Origin: Hypanus sabinus
Taxonomy: Eukaryota
NCBI RefSeq assembly: GCF_030144855.1
Contig: NC_082736.1
Span: forward strand, 9,920,001-9,984,000
DNA length: 64,000 nt
Direction: 5' to 3'
A program made the position numbers and the translations under genes. The notes under the pieces were generated by a model. The model saw only the letters and a program-made list of their open reading frames with translations, had not been told where the DNA came from and did not search any database. Positions within the stretch are counted from its first letter, which is position 1; each line of letters starts with the position of its first letter. This document shows positions 12,451 to 25,659 of the stretch, piece by piece.

Positions 12451-13339
12451 AGTATGACCACAAGAAAATAAATCCCGGGGTTGCGTATTTAATGCAGAAA
12501 TGTATTTTGATAATACATTTACTTTCAGCTTTGAACTTTGTAGCAGAGAGCCGGGTGATTTACTGGTCTGTGTCCTCACTGGCCGGTGCTGTGCTCTGGC
12601 AGTTCAGTGTGCTTGGAATATGGTGTCAGTGTCTTTACAGAAGTATTTCCTTATTATACAATCGATCTTATTCAACCAGGAGCTTAGAAGATTCACTGGA
12701 GACTAGAATACTTTTTTCAGACCATTACTGGTCACAGGATCATTCTGGGATGATCTAGTCTATTTGACCCATTAATCCTGACTAATTTCTCTTTGAACAC
12801 TGGTTGTTCCTGCCACACACTGTTTTAAGAAACCTTGCTGAAAACACTTAACAAATAATGCCCCAACCAAGACTCAAGTGGGAAGGGAGACCCAGTCAGT
12901 TTCCGGAGATTATTCACTACAGGTACTCGGTTGTTTTTACATCAGTCCATTACCTGCTGACATATCTATTCCTCTCTCTCTTACTGGCTGTTGGGAGCCC
13001 TACAGTTTCATCCCATCACCTTTCTCAAGGTGATTTCACCTTTCTCATTCCTGAGTTCCACCCACATTGTCTCACTGGATGAGCCTCTGGGATGACCTTG
13101 AATTTGTGACATTCTGCCTGATCAGCAGTACAGCTCCCCAGCCTCATTCACCTCCCTCTGGACTGTCCGAATATGAATCCTGGAATGTTTAGCTACCAAT
13201 CCTACCCTTCTTAGTAATGGCTGAATCACTGTGCCATGTACTAATCCAGGCTCTAAGTACATCTGCATTAACTGTTCCACACTCGGTACTGATACAAGCA
13301 CACCTCAGGCCCTCAATGCCTTTGTGTTCATTAACTTGC

Positions 13340-13770
13340 CCTAACTATGCAGTGGTGTACTGGGCCAATGGCATCAGCACGGGTGATGTCATCTGAGAAT
13401 AAATTGATTAGAAAGGTTGACTCTGTTATTGGAGTCAAACTGGACACACTGGAGACCGTGGTAGAACAAACGATCCAATGGATATCCTAGCAATTCTGGA
13501 CAATATTTCTCACCCTCTGCATGCCTCCTTGGCTGAACAGGGGAGCATCTTCAGTAACAGACTAACACCATTGTGCTGCTCCAAGGAGCGCTGTATGAAG
13601 TCATTCTGACCCCCGGGTCTGTAATGAGTCAACCCGTAGCCAGGGAAGTGATGACACCCCTCATGTTAGACTGTTTGTGGTAACTTTTTATTCTTTCTCT
13701 TACTTCTAATATTTGTTTACCTGTGCACTTGTAGTGCTACGGAGACACCATAATTTGTCTATTTGGACTT
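13340..13770 (+). mobile_element. Rex1-like LINE 3' fragment
   Basis: Similar to the C-terminal RT region of ORF 32304-32729 (YAVVYW..AILDNISHPLH), followed by a tail. Confidence 0.55.
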
Positions 13771-14235
13771 ACTTTCTGTGTTAATCCACATCTGTCAACG
13801 CCTCTACTGACCTTTCACACTTCCCATCTCCTCTCCTGGAAAATAAACTCAATGATCCATTTAACTAAAACCCTCCATCCTGCACCAGCACATTAGCCAC
13901 ACATATAACTGTACCACCTTTTTATTTCTTCCCTCGGTAGCAGGTGACACTGGGATTACCCCCGTCACCCCTCCCCCCCCCCCAAGAGACTCTACTTAAC
14001 TTTTTCCTGAACTCCCTAAGTCTCTTTGCAGGACTTTGTCTCTTTTGTTAGAACCAATATGGACACGTCCTCTGGCTGTTCACCCTGCCCTTTCAGAATG
14101 GCCTGTACTTGTTCAGTTACATCTTTTGGCCCTGGTACCAGGGAGGTTATGCACCATCCTGCAGTCTCTCTCCTTGCCACAGATACACCTGTCTGTGACC
14201 CCGGCTAAAGAATCCCCCGTCACTGAGGCTCACCG

Positions 14236-15030
14236 AGAACACAGAACAGTACAGCACAGGAACAGACCCTTCTTCTGTCTGTGCTGAACACGATGTGGAA
14301 TGAAACTAAATCTCTTCAGCCTGCGTATAATTCATGTGCTTCAATCCTCTGAATATTCATGGCTTATCTAAAACCCTGTTAAGTGTCATTATTGTATCTG
14401 CTTCCACCACTCCCCATGGCAGCCAAAACCCAGCCCTCACCACTCTTTGTATGGAAACAGAAATCTTACCTGCCCTGATATTCACCTTTAAATTCTCACC
14501 CTGGTGTTTTAAAGCAGTGTCTTCTCATATTTGATACTTCTACACTGGGTAAGTGATTCTGACTGTCTACCTTGTCTACACCTCTCATAGTTTTATAAAC
14601 TTCTGTCAGGTCTCCCCTCCGCCTCCTTCACTCCAGGGAAAACAGTCCCAGTTGTCTGATCTTTCCTTGTAACTCAATCCCTCAGTCCAGGTAACATTCC
14701 TGTGAAACATTTCTGCACCTTTCCAGCTTAATCACATCCTTCATCTCGTGGTGAACAGAACTGCACAGTGTACTCCTGGTGTGGTTTAATTATTGATTTG
14801 TACAACTGTAATGTGATGTCCCAACTGCTCTGAAAGCCTTTGCCATGAAGGTAAGCAAGTCGTGCACCTTCTTCACCACCTTGTCTACCTGTGTTGGCAC
14901 TTTTGGGGAACTATTTACCTGTGCCTTAGATTTATCATTTCATTAACACTCCTCAGGACCCTGCCATTCACTGTGTATGTCCTGACCTGCTTTAACTTCC
15001 CAAAATCCATCATTGTTCATTTGTTTGACA
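14236..15030 (-). mobile_element. CR1 LINE 3' fragment
   Basis: Tail AGAACACAGAACAGTACAGCACAGGAACAGACCC; degenerate CR1 C-terminal sequence. Confidence 0.6.
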
Positions 15031-16464
15031 CTAACAACACTTCACTGTATCTCTGCACTGGTGCCCCAGCAATAAAAGTCCATGAGCTATTCACCTCTGA
15101 AACGTAGTCATATGTGGTATTATGAACCCCTCACTGCACCCATCTCTATTTTGTTGTGCAGGCAACACCTCGACCCCACTCTGTTTCTCTCATTTATAAT
15201 TTATCTCCACATAAATAGTAGTGAATTTTGATTCCTCCTACCACATGCCATCACACTTAACACATTAAACTCCATTTACCATGTACTCTAATCACCAGCT
15301 TCCCCACATCCTGTTGGAGAGAGAAAATGTCCAATCAGAAAGGTTTTGAAGGATATGGGTCAAATGCAGGGAAATGGGACAAGGAGGATGATAACCTTGT
15401 TCATAATGTAGTGGCGAGGGGTTACTTACCACAAGCTCAGATGGGAACTTTGATCAGTGTGGACCATTTGAGCTGAAGTGCTGGTTTCTGTGCTGTGTGA
15501 ATCTGACTGTAAACACTCTTGGTTTAGTTCAAAGACATTAAACTTTTCTAAGTGACTTGTTATTTCTTCACAGATTATAGACTCCAATAGCTGAAGTGAA
15601 GTTAACTGGACTACAGTTACCTTTCTTCCACCCTTCTTCAACAATGGTTTTTAACTCCATTGCGACCTTTCCGTAACACAGTGAGTTTTGACAGACTTCA
15701 ATGTCTCTACTTTCTCTCCAGACTTCCTGTGAAACCCTCCAGTGCAGGTTGTTGGGACCTGGTAATGTTTGCTTTTAGTCCCATTATTTTCTCCCTCCTG
15801 GTGGTGATTGGTACACATTATTGCACAATGTTGAAATGTCAACGTTAGATATCTGTGGGATGTTTGCTGTGTCCCCATTGGGAACACTAATGTAAGTTAT
15901 TGAGTTAACTTATCTGCCTTTTCCTTATTAGTTTTAGCTTTTGTCTCATCACTGGTTCCTGGAAAAATCCAGATCCTCTTTTCTACCGCCAACCCTTGCC
16001 TCTTTATATGCTCTTTAATTTAATGTATCACTTGAACTCCATTGACCACAGAAGGTTCTTTGCTGTCTGTGATCCCTGTATCTAATTGGTATCAATGTCT
16101 GCTGAGTGTTATGAACTGTCTCCTTGAACATCGACACTGCTCATCACTGACCTGTCCCTACACCTATTTACCCTATCTGCCCCAGACAACTCCACTTTCA
16201 CATCACTGTAATTGCCTTTATTAAGGTTAAGACATTGGTTCTGGACTCTGGTGTTCACCCTCAATCTGGCTCTGGAGTTCACCCACATTGTGATCACTTC
16301 TTCACAGATCCTTCACCACAAGATCTCTCTGTATTCCCACCTCATTACACAGATTACATCTGAAATGTCCTGTTCCTGGGTATGATCCTGCTGAAAGAAA
16401 CTGTCTCTGACTACTCTACAAATTCCTCTTCCACTCTACCAGTTTGATCAATACACAGACTGAA

Positions 16465-16990
16465 GCAAACTGACAACAAAATGCTGGAGGAACTCAGCAA
16501 ACGGACAACATTTTGGGCTGAGAACCTTCACTGGGATTAGAAAGAAAGGGACAAAGTTCAGAATAAGGTGGTGGGGGAAGGGGGGGGGGAGGACATGTGA
16601 GTGTGGGGGTGTGGTTTGTGGAGGGATAATGATGTGAGGAACTGGGTAACAGTTAGAAAAGGAATCCATTAGGACAGAACGTTAGACCTTGGGATGATAC
16701 AAAGGAGGTGGAGAACCAGAGAAAGTTGATGGGCACGTCATGAAGATGTGTGAGGAGAAGTCAAGGGGTTAAGTGGCACCAGAATGGGGGAAAAGTCAGA
16801 AAAAAAGGAGCAGTTTGGAAGGTGGGGGAATAGAGGGTAGTGATTTCCAGAATTTGGAGAAATCAATGTTCATGCTGTCAAGATTGGAGGCTACACAGTC
16901 AGAATATGAGATGTTGCTCATCTAACCTGTAGTTGGCCTCATTGTAGTAGTAGTGGAGGCCATGGACAGACTTTGTAGTGATGGCCCTCT
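16465..16990 (-). mobile_element. Penelope-like fragment with 3' tail
   Basis: SVHGLHYYYNEANYRLDEQHLIF; AAATGCTGGAGGAACTCAGC tail. Confidence 0.7.
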
Positions 16991-17059
16991 GCTGGGTCAG
17001 GGTCGACCATGGAATTGTACCCTCGCTGTGAAACTCAATTTGCAAGCCAGGGTAGTAGA

Positions 17060-17540
17060 ATACGTAAAGCAAGCTGTTGCCCATGCAGGGGCTCCTGCTC
17101 TCCACGCAGCTGATGAATCCAGAGCAACAGCAGAGACCGATGGGGTCAGGCACCAATGGTGTCACAGTACTGCCAGTCTGCATTGAACATCGGACCGACA
17201 GGGAATCCAGCTCTAGATTGTTCCTCGGGGTTTACTCCCGAAGCCTTTCCCATGAATGGGTCTAGCCACAAGCCAGTAGAGGTTTCAGATCAGAATTTTC
17301 CTTCCACTAGACGAGCTACCAACCGTGGGTGAAAGCCCCATCTGCCCATAGCAGTTAGTTATATGATGCCAGTAAACCCATTTAGACCCTCCCCATCAGT
17401 CGAAAGAGTTTGTTGGGCTTCGTAGCTAAGCCATATGTAACAGCCAGGAGCTGGACTTGGTTGACAGAGGCAATTTGAAGCAACAATTAATAGGAAGTGA
17501 CAGCTTGTCCCTATTACTACCCCAACACTGGTTAAGACAG
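17060..17540 (-). mobile_element. RTE-like LINE 5' region (paralog at 55540-56020)
   Basis: Reverse complement of GGCTTAGCTAC..GGGCAGATGGGGCT..GGAAGGAAAATTCTGAT, resembling fish RTE 5' UTRs; family assignment from memory only. Confidence 0.45.
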
Positions 17541-17789
17541 CTGTAAGGCACCGATATGTCAATCTGTGAATGGGAAATGGAACTAGAATGGGTTGCCACT
17601 GGCAGATTGTGGTTGTTGCAGCACACAGAGCAAAGGTACTCAATGTAGTGGTGCCCGAATCTGCTTCCGATTAAATATCTCATGATAATCACATTTCCGT
17701 TCTCATCTCTCTTTGATATTTCTCCTTTTGTGCTTTATCCCATTGGGAGGAACACCTGAGGATCTTGAGACCACTCCTAACAGATCTCC

Positions 17790-19198
17790 ATAAAGTGTTT
17801 TAAATTAATTACAGATATAAAACACAAAAAAATTGACTGTATAAATATTCACACCCAAATCATCATTGGTACAGTCAAGTAGTTTTAGGAATTACATTAT
17901 CTGTTAAGTGCAGGTCTCTGTGTGAGTCAAGGTGTTTCAATTGATTGTAGTAAAAATACACAACTGTTGGTAGTCTGTATCCTGGGAGAAACTACACCAT
18001 AAAAACAAATTAACACTCTGAGCAGTTCTGCAAAAAGGTAATTGAAAAACGCAATTCAGGAGATGGATACAAGAAAATTTTCAAGTCACTGGATATCCCT
18101 TGGAGTACAGTTCAGTCACTCATCCTGAAATGGAAAGAATATGGCAGAGCTGTAAATCTGCCAGAATCAGGCCATCCTCAAAAACTGAGTGACTATGCAA
18201 GAAAGGGACAAGTGAGGGAGGCCACCAAGAGTCCTCTGCTAATTCTAGAGAAATCACAATCTTCAGTGGCTGAGATGGGAGAGACTGTGTATACAACAAC
18301 AGTTGCCCAGATGCATCACCTGTCAGAGCTTTTTGGGAGAAAGAGAAAGCCATTGTTGAAAAAAGCTCACCTGGAGCTTGCCAGAAGACTCTGAAGTCAA
18401 CTGGAAGAAGGTTCTATCGACAGATGAAACAAAATTGACCTTTTTGGCCGTCAGATTAAACACTAAGCTTGGCGCAAGACGAACACCACACAGCATCAAA
18501 AACACTCCATCCCAGCCTGGTGGAGGCTGCATCATGCTGTGGGGTGTTTTCACTGCAGCAGGCCCTGAAAGGCTCAGAAAAGTAGAGGGTAAATTGAATG
18601 CAGCCAAATACAGTGAAATCTTGGAGGAAAACCTAATTCAGTCTGCAAGTGAACTGTGACTTAGGAGAAGATTCATTTTCTAGCAGAAGAATGACTGCAA
18701 GTAGAAAACCAAAACTACACAGGAATGACTTAAAACCAAAGTTAATGTCCTGGAGTGGCCAAGTCAGATTCCAGACCTTAATCCAATTGGGAATTTGTGG
18801 CTGGACTTGAAAAGATCTGTTCACTCATGAACCACAAGCAATCTGACAGAGCTTCAGCAGTTTAGTAAAGAAGAATGGGGAAAATGTTCAGTGTCCAGAT
18901 GTGCAAAGTGGATAGAGACATATCCACACAGAGCCAACGGTAATTACTGACAAAGGTGCATCAACTAATTACTGACTTGAAGGAGGTGAATACCAATGCA
19001 ATTAAATTATTTTTTTGTTTTATATTTGCAATTAATTAGATCACTTTGTAAAGATCTGTTTTTCACTTTGACTCCAGAGAGTCCATTCTGCTGATCAGCG
19101 TGGGAAAATAAACCCAAATTAAATCCACAGTGAATCAAAGTTGCAGAACAATAAACATGAAAACCTCCAAAGGAGGCTGAATAATTTTGATGGCACTG
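17790..19198 (+). mobile_element. Tc1/mariner DNA transposon, defective, left inverted repeat truncated
   Basis: Remnants WKKVLSTDETK, GGGCIMLWGVFTAAGPERL, LEWPSQ.PDLNPI; ends ..TGGCACTG followed by TA. Confidence 0.92.
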
Positions 19199-19419
19199 TA
19201 TCCACCCCTTCACCAGCACGTTATGAACAAATCCATCCTGCTCCTTTCCATTTTGCCGATTCCGTGTAGAACATTAAACATGTAGGAATGTCAAATTCCC
19301 AGTTCAAGTCTCTGTCACCATGTCCCTACAATGGCTGGTAGATCAAACATATTCGTCAGTACACAATATGGAACAGATGGCAACCTGCCCTTCAGTCCAC
19401 AATATCTGCACCAATCATA

Positions 19420-19975
19420 ATAATGCTGAGACTTTATAAAGTACTGGTGATGTCTCACTGGAGAATTGTGAGCATTTGTGGGCCCTTTATCTTAGGAAGG
19501 ATGAGTTGAAACTGGATGTGTTTCAAAGGAGACTCAAAATTGCCTCCAGGATGAAACAGCTGGGCGTATGAAGAGCGTTTGATTGTTCTGGGCCTGCACT
19601 CACTGGAATTTAGGTCAATGAGGGCTGACCTAATTAAAACCTATCGAATGGTGAAAGGCCTTGATAAAGTGGATGTGCAGAGGATGGGAGTGTCTAAGAC
19701 CAGAGGATGCAGCCTCAGAATAGAGCATCATCCTTGTAGAATGTAGAGATGAGGAATTTCTTTAGCCAGAGAGTAGTGAATCTGTGGAATTTGTTGTCTC
19801 GGGCAGCTGTGGAGCCAAGACTTTATGTATATTTAAGGCAGAGGTTGGTAGATTCTTGATTGGTCAGATCATGAAAGATTACAGGGAGAAGGCAGGAGAT
19901 TGGGGCTTTGAGTGAAAATGGATTAGCCATGATGAAATGACAGAGCAGATTTGATGGGCCTAATTCTGATCCTAT
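19420..19975 (+). mobile_element. CR1 LINE 3' fragment
   Basis: GATGAGGAATTTCTTTAGCCAGAGAGTAGTGAATCTGTGGAAT and CR1 tail ..GATGGGCCTAATTCTG. Confidence 0.75.
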
Positions 19976-21880
19976 ATCTTAGAGTCTATATCACCACCTC
20001 TGAAACCTCCATCAATTTTGTCAAGCGTGATCTGCCCAAACAAAACCATGCTGATTGTCCCTAAGCAGGCCATGCCTGTCCAAATGTGCATAAATCGTGT
20101 ACCTAAATATCCTCCCCAGTAGGTTCTCTGCCACTGAAATGAGGCTGCCTTGCCCATAGATTCCTGGATTTCTGTTATTTCCCTTCTTGTACAAAGCTGC
20201 AACATTTACAACACTCAAGTCCTGTGGGAACTCACATGTTGTGATCAAGGACACATTGGTCCTTGTTAAATTGCCAGCAATCTGCTCATTTGCTTCTTTC
20301 TCTATTGCAGGATATATGCCTTCAGGTCCTGTAGTCTTATCCATCTTATTGCTTTTCAGACGTCCCAGCACAACCTCCTCCTTAATCCCAACACGTCTCT
20401 GCACATTAGCATGCTCCAGTCTGTTTTCATTGACATTCAGTTCCTTTTCCTCAGTAAATATTGACACAACATACTCATTTAGTACCTCAGCCACTTGGTC
20501 TGACTTCAACCACATCAGTCTTCCTTTAATCTTGAGTTGACCTTTCCATTCTCTGGTTAACTCGGATCTGCTGGTCTTTAAACAGCTCCCGCATGTCAGA
20601 TGTGGACTTGTCTGATAGTGGCTGCTCCCAATCAATGCCCCGTGGTTTCTGTCTTACTCCGTACTAACCTGCCCTCCTGCAATTCAGTACCTTCATACAA
20701 GATCTGATCTTATTCTTCCTCATCACTAAGAAAAAAATACGAACCCAGAATATTCACTGACTCTTAGCTGTCAGCTGGCCTGGCTCATTTCCCAAAACTA
20801 ATTCCTCCTGTCTGTTCTCTCCTCTCGTTGGACTCTGTACATAATGTTTCAAACACTCTTAAGATTTGCTGAAGAATTCTTGTGCATCTAAGTATTAAGC
20901 AAGTTCCAATCAATTCTAGGGAAGATAAAGTCCCCGCACTGGTCATTGGGGGCCAGTATGATAATCCCATCAGTTGATCTGCAGATTGCCTCTGTAAATG
21001 AGCCTTCCAGTTTGTTGTGACATTCCCAGTGGGGTAACCCCTGCTCTTGTTAAACCCCACTCACATGTAAAACAATGAAACACAGGAGCTTTGAGCTGTC
21101 AGCCCTGTCTGTTTGACAACATAATCCTCCTAATGTTGAAATAAACTAATTTCAACCTATCAGTCCTAGCATGTTTGTTAGCCTGACATTGGCTCTCGTT
21201 CATTTCAGACTGTCTTTTCATTCATGCATTCTCCCTCTTGCTATTCCAGTTCAAACTCTGCCAAGTGACACCATCAAACCTTCTGGTGAGGATATTGGTT
21301 CCCCTCCAGTTCAGATGGAAATGGTCTTGTTTGTCCCGGTCTCCCACCTTCCTGGAAGGGAGCCCATTGATCCATGAATCTGAAAACCTCCCTCCTACAT
21401 CAGTTCCTCAGCAACATATTAAACTGCACGGGCATATCATTTTCTCACCACACCAGCACAAGGTTTGACCCACAATTCCGTAATTACAATGCTGGAAGTC
21501 CTGATTTTTAACCTAGTTCCTGAAAATCACTTTGTTGGACCTTGCTCATTTAAACCCTTTGGTGTAGCACGGAGAAAGTTCACCGTAAAACATATTGGCT
21601 CCCCTCCTCCTTGGACCTGTCTCAACTTACCCTCGGGACCCCAATGATCCTGGTACGTGAATCCCCCACCCATCTCGCACCAGCTCCTCAGCCACCACCT
21701 TACCTGGGCTTTAGAATACATCAGAAGCACGGTATATATATCCTTGTGTCTGCCTATGTATCCTGTTCCTTTATGTGACCGGACTTTCATTTCCCTCGCG
21801 ACCCAGAGGAATAGTCGTTCTAATGAATTAACCCTCTCATCACTGGAAGTGACTGCACCCTCGCCCACCAACTGCCGTGT
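19976..21880 (-). mobile_element. CR1 LINE fragments (ORF2 linker/RT start and ORF1 esterase remnant)
   Basis: VAEVLNEYVVSIFT, DNQHGFV; ORF1-like WLRSWCEMGGGFTYQDHWG. Confidence 0.75.
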
Positions 21881-22059
21881 GTGAGGGCGCTCGCCCTGGT
21901 CAAGGGGCCGGCGAGGGACAGACCAAGGTTCTCGGGTATTTGCGAAATGGAAAAGCACTTCCTATAATTTAAAGCAGGCGAATCAGCAAATTTCCAGAAT
22001 TTGTACAGAATCTGTACGTGGTGTGTGAGGGAGTTTTTTTTTTCCGCTGAAGTGCTTTG

Positions 22060-22578
<519 letters not shown>

Positions 22579-22611
22579 AAAACTCCCACTTCCTCCCGAG
22601 CACAAAACAAA

Positions 22612-22627
22612 GGCTCTTCTAAGAGCC
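22612..22627 (+). terminator. Histone 3' stem-loop (H4)
   Basis: GGCTCT-TCTA-AGAGCC followed by ACCCA; purine-rich downstream element AAAGGGAGCCG. Confidence 0.95.
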
Positions 22628-22984
22628 ACCCACCGCCTCACAAAGGGAGCCGTGTCCACAACCATTTAATTCTTTGTTATCGATCCAACTGTATTCATCT
22701 GTTGACATTTGAAATCGATTAATCTTCCGCTTGAAATTTAGCCGCGATTCTACCTTTACAGACGGTGATTACCGTAAATGCTGAATGCATTTATATTGAT
22801 CTTAATCTTCCCGTCCGTCTGCGTCAGAAATCAGTTCCCTCGTTTAGAGGAACAATTCCGTAATTTTGCATTCGAATCTTAACTAAGGGATTTAGATGTT
22901 AAATGAAACTGAAAATGTATGATCCGTGATAGAATTAATTGTAATTAATAAAAATTTATCAAGCACCATTGCTGGGTGCGCTGA

Positions 22985-23778
<794 letters not shown>

Positions 23779-24203
23779 TAAACTAGTTTTGTAGCTGGGA
23801 CCTGAATGAAGGTCAGTCGGCAATGCTACCGGGTAGTTTATCATATATCCTCTCGCTGCAGTCCATCCCCAGTGACGGATCCCTCTCTCAACACGCCCCC
23901 TCCCCTCTCGCATAGGTGTCAGGAGTTCCCAATCAACTCAGCTGAATCTCCGCAGGTGTCTATGTCTCAGTCACTCTCTCCCAGATCGGAGAAGGAATTG
24001 GGCCTGAAACAGCCCACATCCCATATCTCTCAATCTCAGCTCGGGCATCCGTGTCTCATTTCAGACACTGAGACGGCACGGCCGCACCATATGTCAGGTA
24101 CCGTCAATCTCCGGTTCTATGTGAGAAGTTCCCCCGGAAAGCTCAGTCAGACCCGGGACGGGAATCACAACACTTTGAATCAGATCTTTTCTGAGATGTG
24201 GGT

Positions 24204-24219
24204 GGCTCTGAGAAGAGCC
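24204..24219 (-). terminator. Histone 3' stem-loop (H1)
   Basis: Minus strand GGCTCT-TCTC-AGAGCC ACCCA; downstream element AGAAAAGATCTG. Confidence 0.95.
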
Positions 24220-24256
24220 GTTGGGTTCAGATAGTTACATATGGTGGATTCTCAAT

Positions 24257-24844
24257 TCACTTTTTGACTGCTGTCTTCTTGGGTTTCGCGGATTTCGACT
24301 TCGGCTTCTTGGCCGCCTTCGTCTTCGGGGCTGCGGCTTTCTTGGGGCTCTTGGGCTTCGGCGCCGCTTTCTTAGCCGCGGGTTTCTTAGCTGCCGCTTT
24401 CTTAGCCGCTGGTTTCTTAGCTCCCACTTTTTTAGCCGCTGGTTTCTTGGCGCCAAGCTTCTTGCTGGGAGATTTCTTTGCCGATGGTTTCTTCGCTTTC
24501 TTCACCACCTTCACGGCACTTTTCCCTTTACCGGATTTAAAGGATCCCGAAAGACCAGAACCCTTCGTCTGAACCAAAGAGCCGCTTTCCACTTTCCTCT
24601 TGATGCTCATCTTGATCTGGGGGCGACGTTTCGCCACATCGACACCGCTGTCGGCCAGAGCCTTCATGATGGCCGCACCGGACATACCCTTCCTATCGTG
24701 ACAACCCGCCACGATCTTATCGATCTGTTCGCCCAGCGAGGGACCGGTTGGTTTACTCCGGACAGCCGCCATCTTCTTGGGAGTCTTCTTTGCGGCGGCG
24801 GGTGCGGCTGGAGGAGCCGTTTCGGCGGGTGCTGTCTCGGTCAT
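24257..24844 (-). CDS. H1: Linker histone H1 (195 aa, replication-dependent type)
   Basis: MTETAPA N-terminus, globular domain ending [19 protein letters not shown]-rich tail, 3' stem-loop; TTTAAA and a GC box upstream. Confidence 0.93.
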   Translation of the reverse strand: MTETAPAETAPPAAPAAAKKTPKKMAAVRSKPTGPSLGEQIDKIVAGCHDRKGMSGAAIMKALADSGVDVAKRRPQIKMSIKRKVESGSLVQTKGSGLSGSFKSGKGKSAVKVVKKAKKPSAKKSPSKKLGAKKPAAKKVGAKKPAAKKAAAKKPAAKKAAPKPKSPKKAAAPKTKAAKKPKSKSAKPKKTAVKK

Positions 24845-25384
24845 GTCGGCGACTCTGATAAATCCTTCTCACAATCAGAACTGAATGAGAAATGAAGCGA
24901 AAGGCGGCGGCACAGAGCAATTTAAAGGCAGCGTGCGGACGGGGCGGAGACATCCTGCTTTCAGCTCCAGGCAGCTTCATTTTTCTGTGCTTCTCTCTCC
25001 TCAAAAACTCGCTGATTCCAATTCAAATCGGACGCTGAGGAGACTCGGACTAGTCCCTGTCTGTCACTGAGGCCAGAATGTTCGCTGGAAAGAAAGTTTA
25101 ATCGGGATTAAAGGTAGCGCTTTCTATTACTGCATTGCCCGCGTTCTCTCTCCCGATCGTAGACCTGTTCTCTGTTTTTTGGCTGAATTATTTAAACTAA
25201 TTAAAACTTTGCGGTTAATTCCCTCTTCGGGACTGAGCCGGGGAGTGGGTGCTTCCGTAACAAAAAACATCTTTTCTCTTTCTACGGGAGGCGCTGAGAA
25301 ATCCTACGATGTATTCGGACTCACAAACACAGGGACACTGTTCTAAGCCGCCCGCTCCTTTAACTCACTCTCTCTGACACAGTA

Positions 25385-25524
25385 CACACTCAATGCTGGC
25401 GGAAATCAGCAAATCAGGCAGCATCAATGGTGGGAATAAACAGCCGACATTTCGGGCTGAGACCCTTCATCAAGACTCTGGTGGGAGATGCTGCCTGACT
25501 TGCTGGGTTCCCCCAGCATTTTGT
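25385..25524. mobile_element. Fold-back non-autonomous Penelope-derived element
   Basis: AATGCTGG..CAGGCAGCATC and GATGCTGCCTGA..CCAGCATTTT in inverted orientation around a hammerhead-like core (25442-25477). Confidence 0.7.
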
Positions 25525-25659
25525 CCCGTTGTTCGCGACTCCCAGAATCTCTAGGCGTTATTCCGATACAATGTTCACATCTGCACCTTCATCGCATTGT
25601 ACTGCTGTCAAAATAAAAAGACTTTTTCCTTGTCATGTAACACGGTGATAAATGATTCT

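Larger units (their letters stand above)
962..21000 (+). repeat. Left arm of inverted segmental duplication (paralogous to 51937-58882), with extra insertions
   Basis: Reverse-complement matches in mirror order: 962-1219/58625-58882; ~1330-1490/58450-58600; ~6015-7540/56360-58020; ~16860-17720/55370-56250; Tc1 17790-19198/53741-55314; ~19200-19640/53310-53740; ~20170-21000/51937-53100. The ORF track shows paired near-identical translations on opposite strands. Confidence 0.9.
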
